64,000 nucleotides of DNA from Thermoproteota archaeon (GCA_027492205.1 JAOZFN010000017.1:1-64000), one strand, 5' to 3'; shown: positions 27,397-36,944, numbered from the stretch's first letter. The notes: generated by a model from the letters alone, not told the origin. Numbers and translations: made by a program.

Positions 27397-27921
27397 TCAA
27401 TCCTTCTCCCATCTCAACAGCTCGCTGGCCAGCCTGACGAACTCCTCTGGGGTGATCAGTTCCTTCCTGAAGGCGTCGACTATCACCTGCAGGGGAGAGG
27501 CTGGGGTGAGCCCGAACTCCCTGGCCATCGCCCTCGCGCGTTCGTTCACCAGGAAGACCATGTCGTGGGCCGTCGCTACGGCCGTGGCTATCGTCGCAGC
27601 CTCCCCGACGGAGAGGCCCAGGCCCAACAGCCCTCCGGCAAGCTCGACGGCCGCCCCCGGAGAAGGCGCCGTCCTGAGGAGCTCCCCAGTTATGTAGAGC
27701 CCCCAGGGAACCTCGCCCGCCGCGGCCGCGCAGAGCTCGCGGTCCATCAGGATCTCGTCGTAGGTCCTCCCCACGAGCCATGGGTATCCGAGGTCGTTGA
27801 AGAGTCGGAGGATCTCCGGCTCCACGACTACCCTGGATCCCGTGGACCCGGCCGCCGCCCCTGCGGCGGCCGCCCCACCCAGAAAAAGGGCCGACAGGGA
27901 CCCTCCCCAGACCACGCTCAA
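27397..27921 (-). CDS. Degenerate PIN-like (DUF3368/COG2405-like) protein with hydrophobic N-terminus
   Basis: LSVGEAATIATA...LVNERARAMAREFGL...LQVIVDAFRKELIT pattern. Confidence 0.55.
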   Translation of the reverse strand: MSVVWGGSLSALFLGGAAAAGAAAGSTGSRVVVEPEILRLFNDLGYPWLVGRTYDEILMDRELCAAAAGEVPWGLYITGELLRTAPSPGAAVELAGGLLGLGLSVGEAATIATAVATAHDMVFLVNERARAMAREFGLTPASPLQVIVDAFRKELITPEEFVRLASELLRWEKD

Positions 27922-28011
27922 GCTGACCTAACCTCTACTACACCTAGTGTTAGCCCTCTATTTAAACTATCAACATTACGTGTGATATACCCCTATTTGC
28001 TTGAAAGTATC

Positions 28012-29088
28012 TCAGGGGTAAATCTGACGGCCAGAGTCCGGGGTCAGCCTGTAGCCCGGCATGGCAGATATGATCTCGCCAACCTCTCCGGACCTGAACA
28101 GCCCGAGGATCTCTTGGGCGGCCGGCTTGCGCAGCGAGTCCCTCCTTATGGCGAGGTCGTACCACTCCCACGCCAGCCTCCTGAATCCGAGCCCGAACCG
28201 CTCTGCGACGTATCGAATGGCCACTCCGACGTCGGCATCACCGGACGAGACCTTCCTGGCAACGCCGACGTGCGTCCTGACCTCCAGCTGATACCCTTTA
28301 ACCCTCTTGGGGATATCCGCTGGGTCCGCGCCCTCGTCGAGCGCCGCCCTCTTGAGCAGGTAGTCCAGCAGGATCCTGCTCCCAGATCCGGGGTTTCTGT
28401 TCACGAGCTTGACCCTTCCCGCCAAGATGTCCCTGAGGCTGTACTCCTCCCCCCTCCTGAAGACCAGGCCGATCTCCCTCTGGTACCCCCTAATCATCAC
28501 GACGCGGTCCTCGAGCCAGTATCTGGGAATGTAGGGGACGTTGTAGCGGCCCGTCTCGGGGTCCAAGAGGTGCGTCCCCGCGGCGTCCGCGTACTCGAGC
28601 ATCAGCGCGGCGAGTCCGCCCGCCGAACCGAGCCACTCCCTCCTGAGCTCGATGTCCGGCGCCGACTCCCTCACCCTGGAGAGTATGACGTCGAGGGCTG
28701 GGTCGTGGCTCCCCAGCAGGAGGAAGTCGGGCGGGGTCATCAAGCTCCTGCCCAGGGGGCCAACCCTGGAGCCTCCCCTCACCTTGGCCCTCTCCTCGAC
28801 GTAGATCCTGAGCAGCGCCTTCCCGAACCTGGTGAGCCTCGCCCCGCCGCCGCCCGGGCCGCCCCTCCTCACCTCCAGTATCCTCTTGCCGAGCAAGCCC
28901 TCCAGGTCGGATATCCTCTCCCATATTCGGGAGTACGAGGCGCCGACGGACTTGCAGGCGGAGAGCAGAGACCCCCTCCTCTCAACCTCCTCCAGTATCT
29001 TGGCCAGCCTGTCGTCCAAGACCGCCTCGCCGCGATACTCCAGGATCAGGGCGACGCGAGGCCTCAGCTCGTTTAGGATTTCCTCCAC
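28012..29088 (-). CDS. ModE-like HTH regulator fused to a PBP/LysR-type substrate-binding domain
   Basis: GSLLSACKSVGASYSRIW...RRGGPGGGGARLT; GSHDP, AGTHLLD, NRNPGSGSR. Confidence 0.85.
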   Translation of the reverse strand: MEEILNELRPRVALILEYRGEAVLDDRLAKILEEVERRGSLLSACKSVGASYSRIWERISDLEGLLGKRILEVRRGGPGGGGARLTRFGKALLRIYVEERAKVRGGSRVGPLGRSLMTPPDFLLLGSHDPALDVILSRVRESAPDIELRREWLGSAGGLAALMLEYADAAGTHLLDPETGRYNVPYIPRYWLEDRVVMIRGYQREIGLVFRRGEEYSLRDILAGRVKLVNRNPGSGSRILLDYLLKRAALDEGADPADIPKRVKGYQLEVRTHVGVARKVSSGDADVGVAIRYVAERFGLGFRRLAWEWYDLAIRRDSLRKPAAQEILGLFRSGEVGEIISAMPGYRLTPDSGRQIYP

Positions 29089-29089
29089 A

Positions 29090-29117
29090 TTATCCCCATC
29101 GGGAATATCGCATATAA
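29090..29117 (-). promoter_or_regulatory. Promoter and candidate autoregulatory operator of the ModE-like gene
   Basis: TTATAT (minus strand) 24-29 nt upstream of the GTG; TTATCCCCATCGGGAATATCG resembles 20621-20641. Confidence 0.45.
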
Positions 29118-29282
29118 CGGTTTGGCGGTGACCATTAGGTGCTCAGAGACCTTGGGTTGGCAGTCTAGGGGTGAATTCAGCGTGCGCGCGGCAAAACAGG
29201 CCGGTCCAGCTGCGCCTGCGGGCTGGAGAAAAGGATATAACGGTGTCATTCATCGGAGTTAGGTGAGCCTAAATCGAGGGGG

Positions 29283-29672
29283 ATGGGCGGGTTGACGGAT
29301 ATAGGGGAGAAACCGAGTCGAGAGATAAGGCAGAGGGTGATCGAGGCCCTGAAGGGCACCTTCGACCCGGAGATCCCGGTGAACGTCTACGACCTGGGGC
29401 TCGTGTACAGGATCGACGTGGATGAGGAGGGGAACGTGGAGGTCGACATGACGATGACGGCCCCCGGATGCCCGGTGGCGGGGATGGTAATCGCCATGGC
29501 CGAGGCTGCCATCAGGGAGGCCGTGGGTCCCGGCAGGAGGGTGAAGGTGAACCTCGTGTGGGACCCGCCCTGGACCCCGGAGAGGGTGACCCCCCAGGGC
29601 AGGGAGAGGCTGAGGGAGATCTACGGCTACGATGTGGTTGGGGAGTGGATCAAGAGGGCCAAGAGGGGGTGA
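29283..29672 (+). CDS. DUF59/SufT metal-sulfur cluster assembly factor
   Basis: DPEIPVNVYDLGLVY...MTMTAPGCPVA...VNLVWDPPWTP. Confidence 0.9.
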   Translation: MGGLTDIGEKPSREIRQRVIEALKGTFDPEIPVNVYDLGLVYRIDVDEEGNVEVDMTMTAPGCPVAGMVIAMAEAAIREAVGPGRRVKVNLVWDPPWTPERVTPQGRERLREIYGYDVVGEWIKRAKRG

Positions 29673-30085
29673 TCCGGTTGGGGGAGCCGGACAGAGATTC
29701 GAGGTTGGTCGCCTACATCCTTGCGAGGCTCGGCTGCACCCACCCCTTCAGGGTATCCCGAATCCTCCTGCTGGCAGATTGGAGGGCCGAGGAGGTCGGA
29801 CTGGGGAGGCTCACGGAGGGGCTGAGCTACGTGGCGGAGCCCTACGGGTTTTACGTCGAGGGCCTGCAAGGAGTCCTGGAGCGCCTGGAGCGATCTGGGT
29901 GTTTGAGGCGCAGAGAGGAGGAGAGGTGCCTAGAGTACACGTGCGCCGAGCCTGGCCTCATGCCCCAAGAGCGCGAGGTCCTTGACGAGGTTATCCGAGA
30001 AGTCTACGACCTGAGCGACAGGGAGCTGAACCGGCTGGTGACCCGAGACGAGAGATACGTCGAGCTGACTGGCAGGGGGCGGTAG
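29669..30085 (+). CDS. Panacea/SocA-like (DUF4065-like) small protein
   Basis: LVAYIL...VSRILLLADW...YVAEPYGFYV...EVLDEVIREVYDLS; GTGA overlap with the upstream gene. Confidence 0.55.
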   Translation: MIRLGEPDRDSRLVAYILARLGCTHPFRVSRILLLADWRAEEVGLGRLTEGLSYVAEPYGFYVEGLQGVLERLERSGCLRRREEERCLEYTCAEPGLMPQEREVLDEVIREVYDLSDRELNRLVTRDERYVELTGRGR

Positions 30086-30087
30086 AG

Positions 30088-30960
30088 TTGATGGTCTCGG
30101 TGTCGGGCGGGAAGGGGGGTACGGGCAAGTCGACGGTGGCCGTTAACCTGGCCGCGCTCCTCTCGCGGGATCTCAGGCTGGTGCTGGCTGATCTAGACGT
30201 GGAGAACCCCAACGACCACATCCTCTTGGGGGCCGAACTCGCGGGCGAGCGGCCCGTCAACATCATGCTGCCCTTCGTGAACTACCAGAAGTGCGTCAAG
30301 TGCGGGGCCTGCGGGAGGGTGTGCGACACCGGAGCCATGCTGATCTCGCCTGACGGCCTCCCCTACGTGATACCCAGGCTCTGCAGCGGGTGCAGGTCCT
30401 GCTACTTCGCGTGTCCCGTGGACGCCATCGTGGAGGGGAAGAGGACGATCGGGTACACCTACCTGTCGGAACTCGAGCTCGGCGAGTCCAAGATCACGCT
30501 GGTCACCGGATCCCTGAGGGAGGGAGAGGAGCACACTCCGCCTGTCGTCCTGGCCGCCAGGCGCAGGGCGCTCTCCGTCGAGGCGGACCTGCACCTGGTG
30601 GACACCTCCGCGGGGACGAGCAACTCCGTCGCGGCGGCGGTGGACGGGTCTAGGCTCCTCATAGCAGTCACGGAGCCCACCCCTCTGGGCCTGCACGACC
30701 TCGACCTGATTCTGGAGATGGCCCAGACCCTGGGGATGGAGGCATGGGTCGTCATAAACAGGGCCGGAATAGGACCGGAAGACGACCACGTCAGGCTGGT
30801 GAGGGAGAGGGGGGCCGAGATAGTCGCCCGGATACCCTACTCCAGGAGGGTGGTGGAGTCATACATCCGGGGGGTCCCGATCGTGCTCCACAGTCCCAAC
30901 TCTCCGGAGGCGGAGGAGTTCAGGCGGCTGGCAGAGATGGTGAGGGGGGTGGTTTCGTGA
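30088..30960 (+). CDS. MinD-superfamily P-loop ATPase with inserted ferredoxin (COG1149)
   Basis: GKGGTGKST, DLDVENPN, CVKCGACGRVC, CSGCRSCYFACP, VTEPTPLGLHD. Confidence 0.9.
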   Translation: MMVSVSGGKGGTGKSTVAVNLAALLSRDLRLVLADLDVENPNDHILLGAELAGERPVNIMLPFVNYQKCVKCGACGRVCDTGAMLISPDGLPYVIPRLCSGCRSCYFACPVDAIVEGKRTIGYTYLSELELGESKITLVTGSLREGEEHTPPVVLAARRRALSVEADLHLVDTSAGTSNSVAAAVDGSRLLIAVTEPTPLGLHDLDLILEMAQTLGMEAWVVINRAGIGPEDDHVRLVRERGAEIVARIPYSRRVVESYIRGVPIVLHSPNSPEAEEFRRLAEMVRGVVS

Positions 30961-31937
30961 TCGAGATAGCGATAGCCAGCGGGAAGGGCGGGGTCGGGAA
31001 GTCTACCGTCTCCGCCACGATAGTCCTGGCCGCGGCGAGATCCGGAAAGAGCGTGATCGCCGTCGACGCCGACGCGGACGCGCCAAACCTGCACCTGATA
31101 TTCGGGGTCAGGGAGTGGGAGTGGGAGAAGTCCTACGTCGAGAGCAAGGTCGCCGAGATAGTCCAGTCGCTCTGCACGAGGTGCGGCAGGTGCCGGGAGG
31201 TCTGCCCCTACGAGGCCATCCACGTTGACGAAGGGGGGAGGTTTGCGGTGAACCAGGTCATCTGCGAGGGGTGCCTGACGTGCTCCCTCGTGTGCCCGGA
31301 GAGGGGGGCCATAAGGCTGCTCTCCGCCGAGTCGGGGAGGCTCAGGAGGACGACCACTAGCTACGGCTTCCCGCTCGTCTCCGCGAGGCTTAACCCGGGG
31401 AGGCCGAACTCCGGCAAGCTGGTGACCGAAGAGAAGTCAATGGCCAAGGAGCTTGCCTCGCAGGACTCCCTGGTGGTGGTGGACTCCGCGGCAGGGATAG
31501 GGTGCCAGGTGGTCTCGAGCCTGGCCGGGGCCAACGCTGCCATACTGGTGGCCGAGCCAACCCCGGCGAGCTTCGCCGCGCTGAAGAGAGTCTTCAGGCT
31601 CACGAGGCACTTCATGCAGCCCGCCGGGCTGGTCATCAACAAGCACGACGTCAACCCCGGGGTGACGGAGGAGATGGAGGCGTTCGCCCGGAGGAAGAAC
31701 ATTGACCTGCTGGGCCGGATCCCCTATGACGATGCCATTCCCAAGAGCATGGCCGTGATGAAGCCGGTGGTCGAGGCCTTTCCGGACAGCCCCGCGTCGA
31801 GGGCCCTGATGGAAGTCGCGGAGAGGGTCATGGCAATAGTCGACGACTGGCAGTCGTGGTTCACGAGGTTCAGGCCGAGAGAGCCCGAGCCGTACCGGCC
31901 CATCATAATAAGGCCGGAGGGGCTTCCGGGGGATTGA
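30957..31937 (+). CDS. Second MinD-superfamily P-loop ATPase with inserted ferredoxin (COG1149)
   Basis: SGKGGVGKST, DADADAPNL, CTRCGRCREVC, CEGCLTCSLVCP, NSGKLV, GIGCQV. Confidence 0.9.
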   Translation: MIEIAIASGKGGVGKSTVSATIVLAAARSGKSVIAVDADADAPNLHLIFGVREWEWEKSYVESKVAEIVQSLCTRCGRCREVCPYEAIHVDEGGRFAVNQVICEGCLTCSLVCPERGAIRLLSAESGRLRRTTTSYGFPLVSARLNPGRPNSGKLVTEEKSMAKELASQDSLVVVDSAAGIGCQVVSSLAGANAAILVAEPTPASFAALKRVFRLTRHFMQPAGLVINKHDVNPGVTEEMEAFARRKNIDLLGRIPYDDAIPKSMAVMKPVVEAFPDSPASRALMEVAERVMAIVDDWQSWFTRFRPREPEPYRPIIIRPEGLPGD

Positions 31938-31946
31938 CGAGGGGGG

Positions 31947-32300
31947 ATGCTCGTGGGAACGGTGAAGGTGGGTCTGGCCGTGGAGGACGACTCTGGTCTG
32001 GACTCAAGGGTGAGTTCCAGGTTTGGGAGGGCCCCGTTCCTCGCCATAGTCGAGCTGGAGGACGGGGAAATCGGGGGAGTGAGAGTGGTGGAGAACCCCG
32101 GCGCCTCGGCCAGGAGCGGCGCGGGGATCAAGGCAGTCCAGAGGCTGCTGGAGGAGGGCGTCAGGGTAGCGGTCGCTGGCGCCTTCGGACCGAACGCCAT
32201 GACGGCGCTGGAGGAGCTGGGGATAGAGACCGTAGAGCTCGCTGGTGTCTCGGTCGAGGAGGCCCTGCAGAGGATCCGGACGAGGCTACAGGGCCAATGA
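31947..32300 (+). CDS. NifB/NifX family protein (COG1433)
   Basis: SRFGRAPF...ENPG...GAGIKAVQ...GAFGPNA...GI. Confidence 0.9.
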   Translation: MLVGTVKVGLAVEDDSGLDSRVSSRFGRAPFLAIVELEDGEIGGVRVVENPGASARSGAGIKAVQRLLEEGVRVAVAGAFGPNAMTALEELGIETVELAGVSVEEALQRIRTRLQGQ

Positions 32301-32719
32301 GACCTGTAGCGCCCAGAGGAAACTCCTGCAGAGAGATAGGGGCCTGAGATGAGTCGTGAGGCAACAACTTCGGTTCGACGCTTGACTTGACCGACGGGGC
32401 GAAAAAAGAGAGATTGGGGGCCTACCTCAGGAGCACGTCGTGTCTCAGGGGATGCTTGGTGGCCTGGCTCGCAAGGACGAAGGCGGTCTCTAGGTCCGCC
32501 GCCTGGGCGGCGTCGGCGTACCCGTTCCACACCCATCTCACAACAAGCCTTCCCCCGTCGAATCGCATCTCCAAGACTAGAAGGAGCTGACCACCGGCAT
32601 AGGGTTGCAGGTCACGTGTGAGCGCTGCAGCGGGAGTTGCCAATCCCTGACGGTGCGGGAATTTATGGTACTGGGCCTCTGCTGACCCGGCATTCAATTC
32701 GCAGATTATTCGAGCCAGT

Positions 32720-34636
32720 TCAGTATCCACCCTTCGACTCGGACACGGTGCCGTATCCGACGAAGAGTATCCTATCCGGGTCCAGGGCTCTGATCACCTC
32801 CCTCCTGTGGGTTACAACCAAGGCGGTTATCCCAGACTCTCTGGCCAGCTTCCCGAAGGCCCTGGCAATCCTCATCGCCGTCAGGGCATCTAGGTGGGCG
32901 GCGAACTCGTCAACCAGCAGCACGTTGGGCCTCTCGGCGAGCACGCTGGCCAGCCTCGCCCTCTCCCTCTGGCCCGTGGAAAGCTCGGCGTACCTGGCCC
33001 TGTAGAGGACGGCGTCGGAGAGGCCGCACCTGTTCAGCACCTCGACGGCGGTCCTCTCGTCGCCCAGCCTGGCGTAGACGTGTTCTAGGATGGACTCGTC
33101 TCCAAACCGCGGCTCCCTCTCCCCGGGGATCAGAACGCCCACCCTGGAGTTCTCCGGGGCCCGAACCCTCCCCGCGGTTGGCTCGAACTTCCTCCCCCTC
33201 AGCCCCCCGCAGGCCCCCCAGATCAGCCTGAGCAGCGTGGTCTTGCCGGCCCCCGAGGCCCCGACCACGGCGATCACCTCCCCCGGAGAGATCTCCAGGT
33301 TCACGTTCCTCAGGACCTGCCTCTGTATGACCCTGCTCCTCACCCCAAAGGCTTCCAAGAGGTCCCTGAGCCTATCGGGGAGGCCATCGACGTTCAACTC
33401 GCTCTCGAACACCATGGATACGTCCTCGAGCCTTATGGGACCCTTGAGCCGCTCGACCTGCCCGTAGGTCGGGACGCAGAGCCTGCCGCCGTGCTCCCTG
33501 GCGACGGGGTCGGTCCGCAGGAATCTCTCCAGCGCCTCCCTCCCCTCGTCGGTCAGCGGGTAGTAGAGGACCGGCCTGCCCGAGGCGGTGTCCCAGACGT
33601 ACCTGAAGCCCACCTTCTCGAAGAAGGGGTTGTACCTGGCCATCTGGGCGATGGTCTCGACCAGGTGCTTCCTCCTCCTCATCTCGGGGATCCTGCGCTC
33701 CCGGATCCACTCGTGGGCCGCCCTCACCGAGAGCTGTCCCAGCCCGTCGGACCTGTAGTCCGGGTGCACGACGACCCTCGCCACCCTGGACGCGGCGGCG
33801 TTCGTCCTCCTCAGCGCCTCCGTCTTGACCTCTTCCCAGAGCCTCCTCAGCCCGACTTGAACGCCGTACCTCCTCCTGAGCTCGGCCAGCCTCTCCCTAA
33901 GGAGCTCCTCGGGGTTGTAGACCGGGTGGAACCAGTCCTCCGGGAACACCCTCTCCCTGATGTCCCTCACGATAGAGCCGTCCGGGAGCCTTCGGTGCAT
34001 CTTCGGCACCGGAGGGTCGATCCGCACGTAGGCCACATACTGGGGCTCGTACTCCTCCCTCTCGACGAGTTCTAGAACCAGAAACCTCGAGGCCGGGGTC
34101 GACCCCTTGATCTCCAGTATGTGGACGCGCTCGTCGGTGCCGCAGTTCGGGCACGTGGGCTTCGTGTTGGCCTCCATTATCTCGCCGCAGACGTCGCACC
34201 TCCACAGGGCGACGAGCTCCTTCTCGGAGGCGTAGTGATACTGCTCCAGCTCCGCGACGGCCTCGAAGTCCCTCTCGTAGGCGGCCTCCCTCGCCCTGAT
34301 CTTGTAGGTGTAGACGGGCTCCCCCGTCACCGGGCTCACCCTCTGGGACTCGTGGTGCCTGGAGAAGACCGGCCACGCCTGCACGGGCCCCTCCACGGTG
34401 ACTCTCCACAGGGCGTAGTCGTCGAACCCGAGCCTCGAGCCGTCCCTCAGTAGCCCATTCCTGACCTCCAGCAGGACCGGCTCGCCGGTGTCAAACCACT
34501 GGGCCACCGTCCCGGACATGAGGAGAGAGACCTCCGAGCCGTCGACCTCGACCTGGAGGATCCCGAACCACCTGCTCCTGAAGCGGGGAATCTCGGAGCC
34601 GACCACGCGGCCCCTCAGCTTGGACCTCGACGCCAC
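32720..34636 (-). CDS. GNAT acetyltransferase-ABC ATPase fusion (COG2401-like) with Zn ribbon
   Basis: LEQYHY, CDVC...CPNC, RVVVHPDYRSDGLG, MARYNPFFEKVGF, GASGAGKTT, LSTGQ, VDEFAAHLD. Confidence 0.85.
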   Translation of the reverse strand: MASRSKLRGRVVGSEIPRFRSRWFGILQVEVDGSEVSLLMSGTVAQWFDTGEPVLLEVRNGLLRDGSRLGFDDYALWRVTVEGPVQAWPVFSRHHESQRVSPVTGEPVYTYKIRAREAAYERDFEAVAELEQYHYASEKELVALWRCDVCGEIMEANTKPTCPNCGTDERVHILEIKGSTPASRFLVLELVEREEYEPQYVAYVRIDPPVPKMHRRLPDGSIVRDIRERVFPEDWFHPVYNPEELLRERLAELRRRYGVQVGLRRLWEEVKTEALRRTNAAASRVARVVVHPDYRSDGLGQLSVRAAHEWIRERRIPEMRRRKHLVETIAQMARYNPFFEKVGFRYVWDTASGRPVLYYPLTDEGREALERFLRTDPVAREHGGRLCVPTYGQVERLKGPIRLEDVSMVFESELNVDGLPDRLRDLLEAFGVRSRVIQRQVLRNVNLEISPGEVIAVVGASGAGKTTLLRLIWGACGGLRGRKFEPTAGRVRAPENSRVGVLIPGEREPRFGDESILEHVYARLGDERTAVEVLNRCGLSDAVLYRARYAELSTGQRERARLASVLAERPNVLLVDEFAAHLDALTAMRIARAFGKLARESGITALVVTHRREVIRALDPDRILFVGYGTVSESKGGY

Positions 34637-34681
34637 AGGGTTACGGGGGCCCGAATGCTAAATACTCAGCGGGCTGCGGGC

Positions 34682-36037
34682 TCACCCTACCGCCGATCGC
34701 TCCCCCTGGTCGACTGTGGTCACCCTAACCACGGCGAGGGCGTCCGGGGCGACCTCGGCGAGGGCAGCCTGCACCTCGTGGGCGAGCCTGTTGGCCTCGG
34801 CCAGGCTCATGGATGGGTCGGCCCCCACGGTGACCTCTAGCCTGAACCCTCCGTCCGCGCACCTGACGCTCATCACCCTGGCCCACTTCACGGAGGGGAC
34901 AGATTCGACGGCGCGCCGGACGGCCTCGAGGTCGAGGTCATGCCGAGGCCGCTGGGCGAAGTGGTCTATGTGCGCCACGACCTGTCGGAGCGACAGCTCC
35001 TTAGCGATCTTCTTCTCGACCCTCCGGGCGATCTCGTCAGCCTCACCCAGCCTCAGACTCCCGTCTATCACCAAGTGGAGGGTGAGCCTGTCCCTGCCCG
35101 GTCCGTAAAGCTCTATGGAGTGGGCGCCTATGACCCCGGCCTCGGACTTCGCGATCCTCGCTGCCTTGACCGCCAGGCTCTCACCGGCCGGCCTCACGGC
35201 GAGGGTCACGTCGCACGGGCTGTTGACGATCCTCTCAACGGCCCGATGGGCCTCCATCATCACCCGAGAAGCCTGCTCGGTGGTGAGCTCCGGGTCTACC
35301 CCCACCACCGCGTCGACCAGCACGAGTCGTCCGACCCTCCGGGCCCTTACCCTCTCGACCCGCCTCACGCCGGGCGTGGACGAGAGGGCCTCCCGGATCG
35401 ACTCGACGAGCCACGGATCGATCCTGTCCAGCAGATCGGTGGCCGACCAGTAGGCGACCCTCAGCGTTGACGGCATGATGGCCAGCGAGACCACGATCGC
35501 CGAGGCGGGGTCCAGCCACGGCGCAACCCTGCTGGATATCAGGAGGACTCCGGCGACCACAAGAGTCCTGCCGGCGTCCCAGCCGTAGTTCAGGGCCTCC
35601 GACTGGAGCACCCTGCTCTCCTCGCCCCTGCCGACGGCCCAGAGGGCGGCTGACCTGAAGACGTTGACGACGCTGGTGCCGACTAGGGCCCACAGAGCCA
35701 CAGCGGGCGCGCGGGGCGCCGCGTAGCCGAGGAGGAGGGACCCAGCGCTTCTGAACAGCACGTAGGCCTCGGCCTCGAAGAGGAGGGCCGAGGTGAGGAG
35801 TCCCAGCAGGCTGTCGTACTTGGCGTGTCCGTAGGGGTGATCCGCGTCGGGCGGCCTCCTAGAGAGCCTTATGGCCAAGAGGCTGACCGATGACGTGGCC
35901 ACGTCGCCTAGGGAGTCGACGACCTCCGCTGCAACCATTACGCTCCCAGTGATTAGCTGGACGAACGCCTTCACGGCCACTGTGGCAACTGACACCGCTA
36001 TCGATGCCGCGGCGGCCCTCTCAGCGCGTGTCGACAT
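34682..36037 (-). CDS. Cation diffusion facilitator transporter with repeated C-terminal domains
   Basis: DSLGD, PPDADHPYGHAKYD, LDP...DLLD, then about three ZT_dimer-like units; ATG at 36037. Confidence 0.85.
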   Translation of the reverse strand: MSTRAERAAAASIAVSVATVAVKAFVQLITGSVMVAAEVVDSLGDVATSSVSLLAIRLSRRPPDADHPYGHAKYDSLLGLLTSALLFEAEAYVLFRSAGSLLLGYAAPRAPAVALWALVGTSVVNVFRSAALWAVGRGEESRVLQSEALNYGWDAGRTLVVAGVLLISSRVAPWLDPASAIVVSLAIMPSTLRVAYWSATDLLDRIDPWLVESIREALSSTPGVRRVERVRARRVGRLVLVDAVVGVDPELTTEQASRVMMEAHRAVERIVNSPCDVTLAVRPAGESLAVKAARIAKSEAGVIGAHSIELYGPGRDRLTLHLVIDGSLRLGEADEIARRVEKKIAKELSLRQVVAHIDHFAQRPRHDLDLEAVRRAVESVPSVKWARVMSVRCADGGFRLEVTVGADPSMSLAEANRLAHEVQAALAEVAPDALAVVRVTTVDQGERSAVG

Positions 36038-36095
36038 TCGCTCCGGGCGACGGAGCGGCGGCAGGTTTAAGGGGTTTTCCCCGCGAGTATGAGGC

Positions 36096-36884
36096 GTGGA
36101 CCTGGGTCTCAGGGGCAAGCTGGCGCTGGTGACGGCGTCAAGCAGGGGGATAGGCCGCGCGTGCGCGGAGGCCCTGGCCAGGGAGGGCGCCAGGGTCATC
36201 ATATCCTCCAGGGACGAGGGGGCCCTGAGGCGGGCGGCGCGGGAGATCTCCGCTGCAACCGGGTCAGAGGTCCTGTGGAAGGCGGCGGACCTCACGTCGA
36301 GGGCGGACGTCGAGTCGCTGGCGGACTTTGTGGGGGAGGCAGGCGGGGCGGACGTGTTCGTCTTCAACACGGGAGGTCCCAGGCCCGCGAGGTTCTTCGA
36401 GACGTCGGAGGAGGACTGGTACCACGCGTTCGAGCTCCTCCTGATGAGCGCCGTCAGGCTGACAAGGAGGCTGGCGCCCACCATGATCGAGAGGGGGTGG
36501 GGGAGGATCGTATACGTGACGTCCGTGGCCATAAGGCAGCCGATTCCCGACATAGCCCTCTCGAACGTCGTAAGGATCTCGCTGGCCGGATTGGTGAAGA
36601 CCCTGGCGCTGGAGCTGGCGCCTCACAACGTGCTCGTCAACGGGGTCATGCCCGGCATAACGCTCACCGACAGGGTCAGGCAGCTGGCCGAGGCGAGGGC
36701 GCAGAGGGAGGAGATCACCGTGGAGGAGGCGATCCGCAGGATGACCTCCGGCGTGCCGGTTGGGAGGGCCGCGTCGCCAGAGGAGGTCGCGTGGGTCGTG
36801 GCATTCCTGGCCAGTGAGAGGGCCAGCTACGTGACGGGCGCCATGATCCCAGTGGATGGGGGCAGGATACTCTCCGTGTTCTGA
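36096..36884 (+). CDS. Short-chain dehydrogenase/reductase
   Basis: TASSRGIG, NTGGP, SNVVR, YVTGAMIPVDGG. Confidence 0.9.
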   Translation: MDLGLRGKLALVTASSRGIGRACAEALAREGARVIISSRDEGALRRAAREISAATGSEVLWKAADLTSRADVESLADFVGEAGGADVFVFNTGGPRPARFFETSEEDWYHAFELLLMSAVRLTRRLAPTMIERGWGRIVYVTSVAIRQPIPDIALSNVVRISLAGLVKTLALELAPHNVLVNGVMPGITLTDRVRQLAEARAQREEITVEEAIRRMTSGVPVGRAASPEEVAWVVAFLASERASYVTGAMIPVDGGRILSVF

Positions 36885-36944
36885 GCTCGCCGGTCTCCGG
36901 CGCGGCACGGTTATAGCCAGGCGCGCCGGGCTCTGCAGGGAGAC

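Noticed and set aside
27154-29076. 640-aa plus-strand ORF and other long antisense ORFs (e.g. 61333-63135, 42937-44250, 16437-17681)
   Set aside because: Shadows of real genes on the opposite strand in a high-GC genome; no recognisable motifs.
32316-32326. GAGGAAACTCC resembling the RNase P RNA 5' conserved region
   Set aside because: No matching 3' conserved segment or P4 pairing found downstream.
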